Assembly (NCBI RefSeq): GCF_030028105.1
Contig: NC_092383.1
Coordinates: 76,487,359 to 76,551,358 of the forward strand
DNA from: Mobula birostris
Lineage: Eukaryota
Length of the DNA stretch: 64,000 bases
Direction: 5' to 3'
Below, one piece after another: positions 1 through 12,220 of the stretch (the first letter of the stretch is position 1; each line of letters starts with the position of its first letter). Made by a program: the position numbers and the translations under genes. Under the pieces are notes generated by a model that did not search any database, was not told the origin of the DNA, and saw nothing but the letters and a program-made list of their open reading frames with translations.

Positions 1-939
1 ACTGCACTGAGCTGGAGAGGGTAAGTATTATATGGAATGGAGCATCTGAAAATACAGCAGAAAGAGATTCAGTTTAAAAAAACTTATAAAGAAAATTAAG
101 ATAATTACCTCAAAGGGGGAAATTGTTTGACTCTTGGGGAAGAGCAAGCAGAATGAGATATATTGTTAAATTTCTTTGATAGGGCATTCATGGATACAAT
201 TTTGCCTGGATAGACTTCAAACCTCAGCCACATGGAGCTCATCTTAACTATCCAGAGCCTTTACGGGAAAAAAAAATCAGGAAGAAATAATAAATAAAAA
301 TAAACTAAGCAATTTGATAATGAGAAAATTGACTTCACCAGAGTTCTAATTGTCACTGATAAATGGAGATTATGTTCGGGCTTTGAACCATTATTTAGTA
401 CACTGCTTGAAGCTGGTGATTCACAATCCCAGCAACAGAACCTAATACAGACATTGATATTGGTGATAAGCACAGAGCAGTCAGGACACAAATTATTAAT
501 CCTGATGCAGATTAAATAGCTTGTCATGGGTGGAACTCCAGCAGACAGGAATTCTGCTGACACTAACAGGGTCACGCCAACAGTACACCCATTATATCTG
601 AACAGCAGGGTTAATACAAACTGTTTGTACTTTAAACTCTGAAGATGCAAATTCTCTATTACATGAAAATGTAGTGCAATAGATTGGCTCAGTTCTGATT
701 GCACCACACTTGGCACACTTGAAAAATATATTTTCTATCAGCAGTCCAATGCAGAACCAGAAAATGAGTTAAAAATAAGAGTTGTTAAAACCTAGAAAAG
801 TTTACATTTTTTGTTGCCCCAGTGATGTGAGGGACCAAAAATAGGTAAGCATGTCACCAAATGCCATCCAAAATAGTTTTCAATCTGCAAATCAGGGTTT
901 ACTGACAAAATGTTTATCAGAGTCAGAAGAGATTCTGCA

Positions 940-1125
940 GTTGCAGGAAATCCAGAGTAACACATACAAAATGCTGGAGGAACTCAGCAGGTCAGGCAGC
1001 ACTATGGAGAGGAATAAACAGTCAATGCTTCGGGCTGAGACTCTTCATTGGGAATTGAAATATCAACTGTTCTTTCCATTCCATAAACGCTCCCTAACCT
1101 TCGTAGATCCTCTAGCATTTTGTGT
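940..1125. mobile_element. Penelope-like terminal-repeat derivative, inverted pair, with a decayed hammerhead on the minus strand
   Basis: AAATGCTGGAGGAACTCAGCAGGTCAGGCAGC arm is followed by its degenerate reverse complement (..CCTCTAGCATTTTGTGTG). The minus strand reads CCAATGAAGAGTCTCAGCCCGAAGCATTGACTG. Confidence 0.65.
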
Positions 1126-2551
1126 GAGTGACTCTGTTTACCAATGAACCTTCCAGTCCTCTCAATGCCTCTTTCTAATTCAGTTCGAACAAAGAATTTT
1201 TGAAGAATTTGCTCTGTTTTTGACCCCTGAATGTCAAAATCAACATCTGTGCTAATTAATTGACATAGATCCTCCTAGAAAATGCAGTGGTACAATGATG
1301 ATGCTATTTTTCTGATCATCTGGAATTATTTCACAAAAAAATCTTAAAGCTAATTGACTGTCAAATTTCACATTGTTGTAAGAACACAACTGGTTCTTTT
1401 GTGCGGAAGAAAATACATCTTCTTATCCTGTCTAATCTAAATGTAACTTCAGTCCTGAACTTGATGGTCCTCCAAAATGGCTGACTAAAGACCTGCAGGC
1501 TTTAACAAGCCTTATGGTTCAAGAAGTAGGCCCTCCACAAATAAGACACTAATTGCCAACACTGCCACTTACGCATAAATAATACTTCTCCTATAAACTC
1601 CTTTTTTAAATTGGATAAAATTTCCTCTCTACATAAGGTAATTTTCATCCTAGTTATAAATACATTTGCAACCAAATTTTCTGGTGGGAGCTGAGGATAA
1701 TGTTCACATTTGCATGAACATGAATCGACACAAAAGGCACAAACTCATTCTTTTTGATCAAAGTTACAATGATGCTAATTAAATTCAAAGAAAAGAGTTC
1801 CTTTGATCTTTTGATAAAAGGCGCACAGTGCTAGAAAACTAAATTGCCATTGTAGCTATTCTTTCAGAAGGGTTTCTAACTGTTCTAGGATTATTGTAAT
1901 TGGGGGTGCTATTTCAGTGCTTCATAGTCCTCAATAGAAAATGTCATCCAAGTTTGAAAAGACTTGGAAGTTTTTATTGATAATAATTCCTTTTTATTTT
2001 CTGTATTTTTGCTTTATTTTTGAAGTCCATTTCCTTCCTTTGAAAAGTTTGTGCTTATTTTAGAGCTGAAAGTATTAGTAGCAAAGTCAGCTTTTATACG
2101 CAATCCTTAATTTTTCATGAGAAGATGATTTTTATTGATTTTACAATGCAGAACAGGCCCTTCTGGCCCAATCAGCTGTGCCGCCCAGCAACCATTCATT
2201 TAATACTAGCCTAATCACAGGACAATTTACAATGACCACTTAACCTACGAACCGGTAATTAACTTCTTGAACTGCCACAATCCATGTGATGGTGGTTCTC
2301 TGTGATGGTGAGCCCTTGTGATAGTGCTTGTAGGGATTCCAGGGTTTTGATCTAGTGATGAAGAGGAATCTTCAGTTGGAAGGGTAGGTAATTTAGTTAG
2401 GAATTTGTTTGTGTAATGATGTTTTGAGCTTAGTGCCCTTAACATTAGGGTTGGTTAGTGCCATCTAGGAAGCTTCAGAAGGTGGATGGTGAATGTTACA
2501 GCCACATTGCATTAATGCTAGTATTAACAAAACATGATGAAGATAATGGAT

Positions 2552-2705
2552 ATCAAAGTTGCTGGTGAACGCAGCAGGCCAGGCAGCATCTCTAGGAAGA
2601 GGCACAGTCAACGCAGCAGGCCAGGCTGGAGATGCTGCCTGGCCTGCTGCGTTCACCAGCAACTTTGATGTGTGTTGCTTGAACTTCCAGCATCTGCAGA
2701 ACTCC
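2552..2705. repeat. Perfect 41-bp inverted repeat (2552-2592 / 2629-2669) of the same Penelope-derived family
   Basis: ATCAAAGTTGCTGGTGAACGCAGCAGGCCAGGCAGCATCTC and its exact reverse complement flank a 36-nt spacer. This explains the mirror ORFs 2465-2662(-) and 2559-2831(+). Confidence 0.9.
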
Positions 2706-3289
2706 TCATGTTTGCATGACGAGAATAATCCTGGATTTGTTCAGTATGATGCAGACTTCTTGTCATTTGTTGACAATGAACTCATTGAAAACGTTTTCAT
2801 CACATTCCTCTCTTGTGTTCAAGTTTATTAGTCTTTCAACTATACACATGTATACCGCCAAATGAAACGACGTTCCTTCAGGCCAAGTGCACATCTCAGT
2901 ACATGTAACTCACACACATAACACATAGAGTATTATTACCACAAATAAATCAACAGATCATAAGGTGCATACAAGATAGAAGTTAAAAACTAAATAATAT
3001 AATGTCACAGGCGTTTCATATGTGATGAGACTCGGGTGGTGACAGAGATTTCAGTCGTCATACAGGTTGGAGGAAGAAACTGTTTCCTATCCTAACAGTT
3101 TTTTTGCTAATGCAATGGTACCTCCTGCCTGATAGTAGGGGTCAAAGAGATTGTTGGACAAATGGGAGGGATGGTAGTTATTGGAAAGGTTCTGGAGAAT
3201 TAATGAGTCACTTAACCATTCCTATATGAGGTATGCAAATCAGCAACTTTGCCTTGATCGGAAATTACAGGCTCAAAGTATTCAAGTGT

Positions 3290-3590
3290 GGGTGCCATGG
3301 AAGTGTAACAGTTAGTGTGATGCTAATACGTTTGGGGCGGTTCGGAATGCAATTCCAATGCCACCTGTAAGGGATTTGTACGTTCTCCCCATTACCCCAT
3401 GGGGCTCTCCCGCAATCCAAAGATGTACTGGTTAGTGGGTTAATTGGTCATTTGTCATTTGTCCTGTGATTAGGCTAGTGTTAAATAAGGGGGCTGTGGG
3501 CTGGCACAGCTCGTTGGGCCAGAAGGACCTGTTCTGCACTGTATCTCTAAATAAAAGAATAAACAAACAAATAAACAAATAAATAATGAG
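3290..3590 (+). mobile_element. tRNA-derived SINE (HE1/V-SINE-like); further copies at ~13280-13550, 19125-19420, 20270-20590, 31470-31700, 32270-32580, 33080-33200, 41220-41380, 55770-56110 and 58145-58300
   Basis: Decayed A/B-box head, shared core (TTTGTACGTTCTCCCC..CAGTCCAAAGA..TTAATTGGTCATTGTAAATTGTCCTGTGATT) and AAAT/AAAC-rich tail, repeated across the window. Confidence 0.7.
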
Positions 3591-3689
3591 GCATATATAA
3601 ATTCTGAGTCCCTGATCAGATCATGCATTTTGAAAAGTGGGCGTATAAGAAATGGGTACAACACCTACTGTATATCTATGTGAACTTAA

Positions 3690-3716
3690 CTCTTTTTACA
3701 TTTTTAACTATACAGG
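3690..3716 (+). other. GPR61: Probable splice acceptor of the GPR61 coding exon (exon starts at 3716)
   Basis: Pyrimidine tract CTCTTTTTACATTTTTAACTATACAG|G lies 348 nt upstream of the ATG. GPR61 has an uninterrupted CDS preceded by a non-coding exon. Confidence 0.55.
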
Positions 3717-4001
3717 TTTCCTGGAAATGAATGTTCTGAACCCAATGCCTACTTAGTAATATAAGCCGGAAGATTAAAGGGCTGGATTGGTGAAGCCACG
3801 TTAAATCTTTTCAAGTCATGATTAATGGATAATAAAAACTAGCACACATCACAATTTGGAGGTAACTAAGCCACTTTGAAACTATTTCATTAAATATGCC
3901 AACTGCCTAATTGGTTGATATTGATGGCTAGCCAAGGTGTGCATGGTTAAAAAGAAAGAAGAGTCCACTGACCGCAAAGCAAGCTACTACCCCTAAAGAG
4001 G

Positions 4002-4211
4002 ATGGGTGATGGACTAGAAAGAACGGCTTTAGGATCTCCATCCTTCCAACACTTTACCTATCCATGGCTGCCCCAGTTTCTGTGGAATGGGAATGGAATA
4101 CTTCCACTCCGGGAAGACAGCAAAGGGTCTCTCCTACTTCCATGCTCTTCAATAAAAGCTTGGTGTCCGCAGACAGGGATCTTGTTTCACAGTCTATTGG
4201 CCTCTTCTTGA
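4002..4211 (+). promoter_or_regulatory. Overlapping upstream ORF (69 aa, MGDGLERT...) out of frame with GPR61
   Basis: ATG at 4002 has A at -3 and G at +4. It stops 148 nt inside the GPR61 CDS. The main ATG has T at -3. Confidence 0.5.
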
Positions 4212-5410
4212 TGCTGCTGGTCGACCTAGTTGGGATCATTGGAAACGCTGCTGTGATGCTTGTAATTATCAGGACTCCATTATTCAAAAAGTTTGTCTTT
4301 GTATTCCATCTGTGCTTAGTGGACCTGACAGCTGTCTTAATCCTGATGCCTTTAGGGATGGTGTCGAGCTCTGCTCTTTTTGATAACATAGAGTTCAGTG
4401 ACACCTTGTGTCAGATATACCTCTTCCTAAGCATGTTATTCATTAGTGCATCTATATTATCTATCCTGGCCATTAATGTTGAGCGATACTACTATATAGT
4501 ACATCCAATGAGATATGAAGTGAGGGTGACATTGAAGCTAGTGATGTTTGTCATTATCTGTATATGGATTAAAGCCATTTTAATGTCAATAATCGCAATT
4601 TTGGGTTGGAATTCCCAAGGCCGCATGAACAATCAGTGCTTCTTGCGATGGGATGGAGAGATATACAGAAAGGTTTTCATAACGTTCTTTGGCCTGTTTT
4701 ATTTTTTGTTCCCAGTCTTAATTATCCTGATAGTTTACTGCAACATGTTCAAGGTGGCCAGGGTAGCGGCAATGCAACACGGACCCCTGCCCACATGGAT
4801 GGACACACCACGGCAGAGGTCAGAATCACTCAGCAGTAGGTCCACCATGGTCACCAGCTCTGGAGGACCAAGGGTTTCCCCACAAAGGACATTTGGAGGG
4901 GGAAAAGCAGCTATTATCCTCATTCTGGTTGGGGGCCAGTTTGTGTTTTGCTGGCTGCCATTTTTTGCTTTTCACCTGCATTCTGCTATGACCCAAAATT
5001 CAATCCCCTCGGGCCTCTGGGAAGCAATTGTTACTTGGATCGGGTACACCTCATTCAGCATTAATCCCTTCTTTTACGGATGCCTCAATCGACAGATCAG
5101 GGGGGAATTGAGCAAGCACCTCACCTGTCTCTTCAAACAGACCCTGGAAGAGGATCTCCGGCTACCGAGCCGAGAAGGGTCCATTGAGGAGAACTTTATG
5201 CAGTTTTTGCAGAGGACAGGTTGCAATGCAGAAACCAGGTCCAGCTATGATGCTTCCAGTCCAAAGTTAGACCAGTCAGGACTGGGTTTCAGGATACCTG
5301 GTCAGATTGCAGAAGAAACATCAGAATTCCTTGAACAAAACATAGCCACTGATTTTACGATGTCCAACAGCTGTATTAGAACGAGCAGGTCACCAAAACA
5401 TGATGCTTAA
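4064..5410 (+). CDS. GPR61: G protein-coupled receptor 61 (class A orphan GPCR), 448 aa, uninterrupted CDS
   Basis: Seven hydrophobic helices with GN(TM1), LxxVD(TM2), ERY, CWLP and NPFFY motifs. GPR61-specific stretches are VARVAAMQHGPLPTWMDTPRQRSESLSSRSTMVTSSG, LRLPSREGSIEENF and FRIPGQIAEETSEFLEQ. N-glycosylation sequon at N12. Confidence 0.97.
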   Translation: MAAPVSVEWEWNTSTPGRQQRVSPTSMLFNKSLVSADRDLVSQSIGLFLMLLVDLVGIIGNAAVMLVIIRTPLFKKFVFVFHLCLVDLTAVLILMPLGMVSSSALFDNIEFSDTLCQIYLFLSMLFISASILSILAINVERYYYIVHPMRYEVRVTLKLVMFVIICIWIKAILMSIIAILGWNSQGRMNNQCFLRWDGEIYRKVFITFFGLFYFLFPVLIILIVYCNMFKVARVAAMQHGPLPTWMDTPRQRSESLSSRSTMVTSSGGPRVSPQRTFGGGKAAIILILVGGQFVFCWLPFFAFHLHSAMTQNSIPSGLWEAIVTWIGYTSFSINPFFYGCLNRQIRGELSKHLTCLFKQTLEEDLRLPSREGSIEENFMQFLQRTGCNAETRSSYDASSPKLDQSGLGFRIPGQIAEETSEFLEQNIATDFTMSNSCIRTSRSPKHDA

Positions 5411-8400
5411 TATATGTGAGTAAAGTTAACAAAATTATTTAAAGTTAAATAGTTAAACTGCACATGATTGTTTCCAGAAACAATCCTAACTGATAGGAAG
5501 CCATGTATCTTAGTGATTTTGTTTTAATATTCTTTATCTTACTCAGATTTCAGGTTTAATATTAATTTCCAAATTTACTAACAGAAAAAAAACACATTTA
5601 AGATGTTTTCTAAAGTAAACCTCAAACTTGTAAAAACATCTCAGTAGATTTCCTCATTGTTTGCAGATTTTGAGAAACATTTTGATTTGTCTGTTGATAA
5701 CGTAGTGAGGAGAGGGGTCAAATTTAGCCTTGTATGTGTTGGAGAGCAGATTTAGTACATTTGGCAACAACAACTTGCATTAGTATAAAGCCTTGAATGT
5801 AACAAACACGTCCCAAAGCACTTTGCAGTTATCAGGCAAAATGCAACACTGTGCTACTTAGAGATATTGAGACAGGTGACAGAAGCTTTGCTTAAAAGGT
5901 TAAGTTAGTTAGGAAAAAACGAGAAAGAAAGAGAACTCCAAACCTCAGAGCAGCTAATGGCATAGTCACCAGTGCTACCATCCAGGATACATATACGCCT
6001 GCCATTGGAGATATTGCAAAAGGCTGGAGGACTGCAGAAGCAGGGGTAGAGCCACAGTGGAATTTGAAAAAAAAACATTGAGAGTTTTAAACCAGAGACA
6101 TTCCCAAAATAGGAGGTATTATAGAGCAGCAAACACACAGGTGAGAAGGACAAGGCAGAGTTTCATCTGCTTTAGTGGTTTCACTGGATAAAATTGAGAA
6201 GTCAAAATGAGTGTTCTTTTTGCATTCATATGCTATTTACGGCAAACTCAAAAGGGTGCAGTCTCCCGTTGCCGATGCTCATTCCTCTGTTCACTTTGCC
6301 ACACCACTTCTTTTGCAACGAGCTCTCCTTTGGCATCCTTGAACCCCTTCAATTGAAAGCGTGTAGGTAAAATGCCCACTATTCCGTGCAGTAGGAGGAT
6401 CTGTAATGATACAGCGATAAGCCAAAAAATAAATGGTTGAATTATTTATTTTTTTGGAGCCACTAATTTGGCAGGAGAAGTATTAAAGAATTCTAAAGAT
6501 CTCAAAGACTTAAAGGTGTAAGATTCAGAGCAGGACATGTGGATCTTGGAAGACTGGACTCCATATCCACCAGCTCCAAGTTTATGGTTGCGTGCTCTGA
6601 GGTTTTGAAATTCAACCACACAGTTTATTTTGTGTACACACCTTGTGCCAGATATGATGTGATTAAGGATTACCTTGTTTGTTTAAAGTAGTGTTCAGAT
6701 TAAGAGAATGTGGATATTTATTCTGAAATAATTGTCCGCAGTGATACAACATTATGGTGGTTTTTTCCTATTGTTACCAATATTTAATAAGAACTGTTTA
6801 TGAAAATGAACCTTCTCTAAAATATTAATGACAACAATGGACAATTAATAGTTTTCTTCATGAAAATATTCAGTGGCTTTTGATGATTTCATGTCATTGT
6901 TTGTGTGTACGCTGTTTTCCAGCATGTAATGTCACACAGCACAGATATTTATGCCAAGGTCCAGAAAATCAACAACTCCACCTCCATCTCCCCAGTGGCA
7001 TTTTCTCCGACTGAGGTGAAAAACAACCTTTCCCAGCTGAATCAGCTGATCTCAGGGGTATAGCACTAAAATAGCTATAGTTTCGTACAGTGGCCCTGGG
7101 TTAGAATGGAGCAAACTTAACCATTAATTTTAGTTCTAAATAGCATTCCAGGCCCATCAAAACCAGTTACCAATCGTTCCACTACCTGCATCAGACACCT
7201 CATCCTCCCGCTCCTGCCTCATTTCACCGCCGAGGACCAAAAAGTTAGATTTGATTGTGGTGCCCTTCCACAGGTGTCTAATGAACTGACAGGACCTAGC
7301 ACTAAACATTAATCATATAATTCCAAACAATGGTGTTCCACTGTCAAAAACTAAGTTAACCCAGCGTTGATCAAAGTGGCACACATTTCTGAGTGCTTTA
7401 ATGCCTTTGTAAAATTTCCCTTCCTCATTCCTCAGTGGGGTTTTCGTTCTCCCTCACACTTTTTTTTCCAATATAAGGATCACCCAAATGATACCAATAG
7501 TAGAGCAACAAAATTCAGCTGTGGTCAAAATTCAGATACTTTCTGTAGTCTGGAAAATGAATCCATTTATTCAAGAAGAGCCTGGTATTACTAAACTATT
7601 TCTGTTGAAATGGTGTTACTTAAAGGGCCAACACTCAAACTGCATATTTTTTTTTCTCATAGAGGGTTGTAACCTCCAGGACTTCAAATACAGCCTTGAT
7701 TGATTTCCCAATGGAGATCAGTTTCCTAGCCTCAGGATCACTCCAGGCCACTTCTGATCATCTTTGTCACATCTCACTTCTCTGCACACTGCTTCAATGG
7801 TGAGGTCATACAATTTCATACTCAGAGAGTGGCTATCTCTTCAGCACACAAGATCATGCCAAGAGGGCATGACAGGGTTGCCCAAAGTGGAGGAATTCAA
7901 AGGTAGCACTCACATTCTTGTAACCTCCTGCTTCGGGTCTTTGGACCTCACTTAGGAGTGTCTCGATGGCCCAAAATATACATGTCATTTACCAGCTTCT
8001 CCATTTATCATTGAACTCTGGGAATTCTCTCCCGTAATACAGCATTTGGTGTCTCTTTACCCCTGAAACTGAGCAAACTTTGCTTGTATTGCAGAATGTC
8101 CGTAAAAGAAAGGGATCCAACAATCAGACCTAGTGTGCTTAATGCTCAGGAATAAAAGACCTTCCCATTCCATAGGGAACACTGTCCTGAGAGTGAGAAG
8201 GCGAGTTTCAGCACAGCAGAGCACTGGGAACCTTGGCAACATTATTCTGTGAAACTTGTAACTGATGTTCTCGCACTTTATCCAGTTTCCAGAAACACCA
8301 TCTGGGTGACCAATGATGCTGCTCAAATGCCAAATAAAAGCATGGTGCGGAGAAATTCGCTGGTTCAATGGTCGCTTTCTCCATTGTGGGAAGCTAGGTA

Positions 8401-8435
8401 TAGAAAGGGTCAAACAGGTCATCAAATATTTTAAC

Positions 8436-9123
8436 CTAAGAACATAAGAGGAGCAGGAGTAGGCTATCCAGCTCATTGAACCTGCTCTACCATTCAATAA
8501 AATCATGGCTGATCTGACCATGGACTCATCTCCACCTACCTGCCTTTTCCCCATAACCCTTAATTCTCCTACTGTGCAAAAATCTATCCAACCTTGTCTT
8601 AAATATACAAACGCTTGTATTTACTGAGGTAGCCTCCACTGCTTTATTGGGCAGACAATTCCACAGATTCATCACTTTTTGGGAAAAGCAGTTCCCCCTC
8701 ATCTCCATCCTAAATTTACTCCCCTGAATCTTGAGGGTATGTCCCCTAGTTCTAGTCTCACTTACCAGTGGAAACAACTTTCCTGCCTCTACCTTATCTG
8801 TCCCTTTCATAATTTTAATATGTTTTGGTAAGATTTCCTCTCATCCTTCTGAATTTCAGCGAGTACAGTCCCAGGTGACTCAATGTCTCCTCATAGTCTA
8901 ACTCCCTCACCTCTGGAATCAACCTGGTGAACCTCCTCTGCACCGCCTCCAAAGCCAGTATATCCTTCCTCAAGTAAGGAGACCAAAACTGCACATAGAA
9001 CTCCAAATGCAGTCTCGCCAATACCCTGCACAGTTGCAGCATAATCCCTGTGCTCTTAAATTCAGTCCCTCTAGCATCGAAGACCAACATTCCATCTGCC
9101 TTCTTGATAGCCTGCTGCTCCTG
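8436..9123 (-). mobile_element. CR1-clade LINE, 5'-truncated ORF2 C-terminus plus 3' end
   Basis: Minus ORFs read LEFYVQFWSPYLRKDILALEAVQRRFTRLIP..LGLYSL..RRMRG and TRGHTLK..FSQKVMNLWNCLP, typical of the CR1 ORF2 end. Confidence 0.9.
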
Positions 9124-9887
9124 GTATTCAATGGGTCTAGTGGGTAGGCTTCCTTGTTTCCAATGTCACTGGCTTAATAAAAAGTTAGAAATCCCAAGTC
9201 CATAATTTTTGGTTGAGTTTCTGCCTCTATTCTTTGTTTGGGGCCAAAGTTTCCATGCCCTATTAATGCATTAAACACGTTGGAGTGAAGAATACAGGAA
9301 AGCAAACAGGGGTAATAGGTCCTGGTCACAGATCACTATTTGAAGCTGTTGGGTTCATAGCAAAGTGCTTACCGTCAGTCACTGGTTCCCCTTCCTTTCC
9401 TTGAAAAAGTGGTGGAGGATGACCCTCTGCCTAAGCCACTTCATCTTGAAGTCAATCCTAGTTCACTTGGGTGAAGGTCACATGAACCAGTTATAAAAAG
9501 TCATAGCTCAGAAGGTGGCCATTTGTCCTATCAGGCCTGTGCTAGCTCTTTAGTCAAATTGTCCACTTAATCCCACACACTGCTGTTTCCCCAAAGCTCA
9601 GTGGTGATTTATTCTTCAAGCATTTGTCAAATTTTATGGTGAAACATTGATTTAATATGCTTCCTCTATCCTTTCAGGCAGTGCTTTTCACAGCAATTCA
9701 CCGTGCAACAAAAAGTACTTTCTCACATCACCGCTGGCTCTTTTTAATCACTTCCAATCTGTATTCTCTCGTTACCAATGCCAAGAGAATCTAGTTTTCA
9801 TTATTTTTTTTCTTTTATGATTCTGAACACCTCTACTTCATCATATCTGCCCTCAGATTTTGTGCTGCTGATGGTACCCAGGATACA

Positions 9888-10440
9888 CATTCAGTGGCCA
9901 CTTTATTAGGTACACCTGCCTGCTAACGCAAATATCTAATCAGCCAATTATATGGCAGCAACTCAATGCATAAAGGTATGCAGACATGGTCAGGAGGTTC
10001 AGTTGTTATTCAAACCAAACATCAGAATGAGGAAGAAATATGATCTAAGTAACATTGACTGTGGAATGATTGTTGGTGCCTGACAGGATGGTTTGAGTAT
10101 CTGAGAAATCTCTTGGGATTTTCAGGCACAACAGTTTCTAGAGTTTACAGGGAATGGTGCAAAAACAAAACAAGAAGATTTCCAGTGAGCGGCCGTTTTG
10201 TGGGTGAAAACACCTTGTTAATGAGAGAGATCAGAGGAGAACGGCCAGACTAGTTCAAGCTGGCAGAAGAGTGAGAGTAATTCAAATAACCACGCGTTAC
10301 TATAATGGTGTACAGAACAGCACCTCTGAACACACAACACGTCGAACCTTGAACTGTATGGGCTATAACAACAGACCACAAGCATACAGTCAGTGACCAT
10401 TTTATTATGTAGAGGAGGTACAGTAAAGTGGCCACTGACT
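9888..10440 (+). mobile_element. Non-autonomous Tc1/mariner element with a decayed transposase N-terminal HTH
   Basis: TIR CAGTGGCCACTTTATTAGGTAC ... GTAAAGTGGCCACTGA. The internal frame reads DLSNIDCGMIVGA..GFSGTTVSRVYREW..RLVQAGRRVRVIQITTRYYNGVQNSTSEHTTRRTL, with stops. Confidence 0.8.
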
Positions 10441-11991
10441 ACAAACTGACAGATGAAGGATAGTCACCTGCTGGCCATTAGATCAGCGTTAAGCTATCAT
10501 GGGAAACGCTCGGCATGAATAGTCAAAAAGAAGGAGAATCTGGATACCTGCCTCACCACTTCCCTCCATTCCCCTCCTCGCTGAATAAATGAAACTTTAC
10601 CATTGGGGAAGGATATAAAGACGTTGCGTAAATCTAGTGCCTCTCACACCTGGGTGGGACCCACACTAACCCACATTCTACCGTTTCATATTCATTTTCT
10701 CCTTCTTGCCAAAATTTTAACCGCTTGCTGCATGTTTTTTTTCGTCCATTCTGAGAAGGATCCTGTCAAGGTTTCAAATCACAGGAGAGATGCTGTCAGA
10801 CGCTTTTTTACATGTTGGTTTCTGGGAATGTTGCCTTGCAACAACAGAACTGACTGGCAGCACAGCACACACCCACCAGATTGCTGCTTTTGGGCTTATC
10901 TCTTCCATTTATTCTTCTGGGTATCAGTGAGTTCCTGATCACGAACTTCATTCACTCAGATTGATTCTCTCCGCTGACCCAATCATTAATTTCTATTTTT
11001 CCTTTTCTCTGTTCACTTTTCTGCCTCTTTCTTCTCTTCATCTCTCCAGCATTTGTTGCTTCCAATACAAGATTAAAGCAGTATGCCGCACTTGGTGATG
11101 TTTTTACAGAAAGCCTGGAGATGCACGATTATAAAAACATCCACCTGATGTCCCATTCACACCCTATGCCCCCCTGCTGTCAAAAATAGGAAGTCCAGCC
11201 TCCTGGAGTGTTGGTGGGGTGGGGCAGGGTTTTATCCTACAGAAAGGAATTTCTGCCATTCCCAATTGGTGGCATTTTCCACTAAACCTGTCACTGTAAA
11301 CTCAGCTTCCTCCCATTACCTTTATTGCTCAGGGCAATTCCTTTCCACACTCCTACTCCTGAATCTCAAAGAACTGACCTACTTTCTCTCACAGTGTCCG
11401 GAAGCAAGAGTCGTTCCTCCTTGTGCGACCTGCCCAATGACCTGTGCCCGGCAAACACGAATCGATGACCTTCCTACCATTTCCAACCCAAAGTCATCCC
11501 CGACTTTCTCTCAGAATCAGAATCAGGTTTATTATCACCGGCATATGTGATAGCACCGGGAAGAATTTTGGGGCATTGAGAATGGAGCAAGACAAACAAG
11601 ATGGGCTGAATGCCTTAGTTCTGCTCCTCTGTCTAGTGGTCTTATCATTCAAAAGTTATTGAGACTAATTATTACTAAATCTTCAGGTATCCTGGTCCAC
11701 GTGGTCCAGTTGGGTCAAAGGGAATCTTCCCTTGCTTTATGGCACTAAATTACATTGCATTTTCAGAATGGAAACTGACCAGTTTATGATCCAGGAGGAT
11801 CTACACCCATCTCACCCTATCAGCATATTCTTTTTCCCCTTTCACAACTTTATTCTTTTCTACTTTTCCCTTCCGTCCACCCATGTTGCAATATTCTCCC
11901 CAGCCATTCCCTATGGAAATGATTTCCATATTCTAAAAAAATCTCTGCGCAGAGAAATTACTTCTGATGTTTGTAGTGGATTCATTATATA

Positions 11992-12220
11992 CAGTACTGT
12001 GCAAAAGTCTTAAGAACAAATGTATAGCTGGGGTGCCTAAACTTTTGCACAATACTGTATATTGATTAAAATAGGAAGGTGGTTGGGAAACAGAAATTAG
12101 AGTACTTAACTTTGTATTAGCTTAGTGTCACTAAGTGTTATTTGGTAACTGGAAAGACATATTATACAGTACTGTGCAAAAGTCTTCGGCACTTTTCCCT
12201 AAGACCTTTGTACAGTACTG
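11992..12220. mobile_element. Two tiny Tc1-type MITEs (11992-12057, 66 bp; 12167-12220, 54 bp)
   Basis: Each starts TA|CAGTACTGTGCAAAAGTCTT and ends with the imperfect reverse complement ...CA(A/G)TACTG|TA, i.e. TA target duplications. Confidence 0.8.

Noticed and set aside
261-716. 151-aa minus-strand ORF
   Set aside because: No recognisable domain, non-ATG start, AT-rich context.
7030-7130. Possible LF-SINE-like ancient repeat (also ~32700-32930 and 33990-34060)
   Set aside because: Only short resemblances (AGCTGATCTCAG, GGCCCTGGGTTAG); too weak to call without a profile search.
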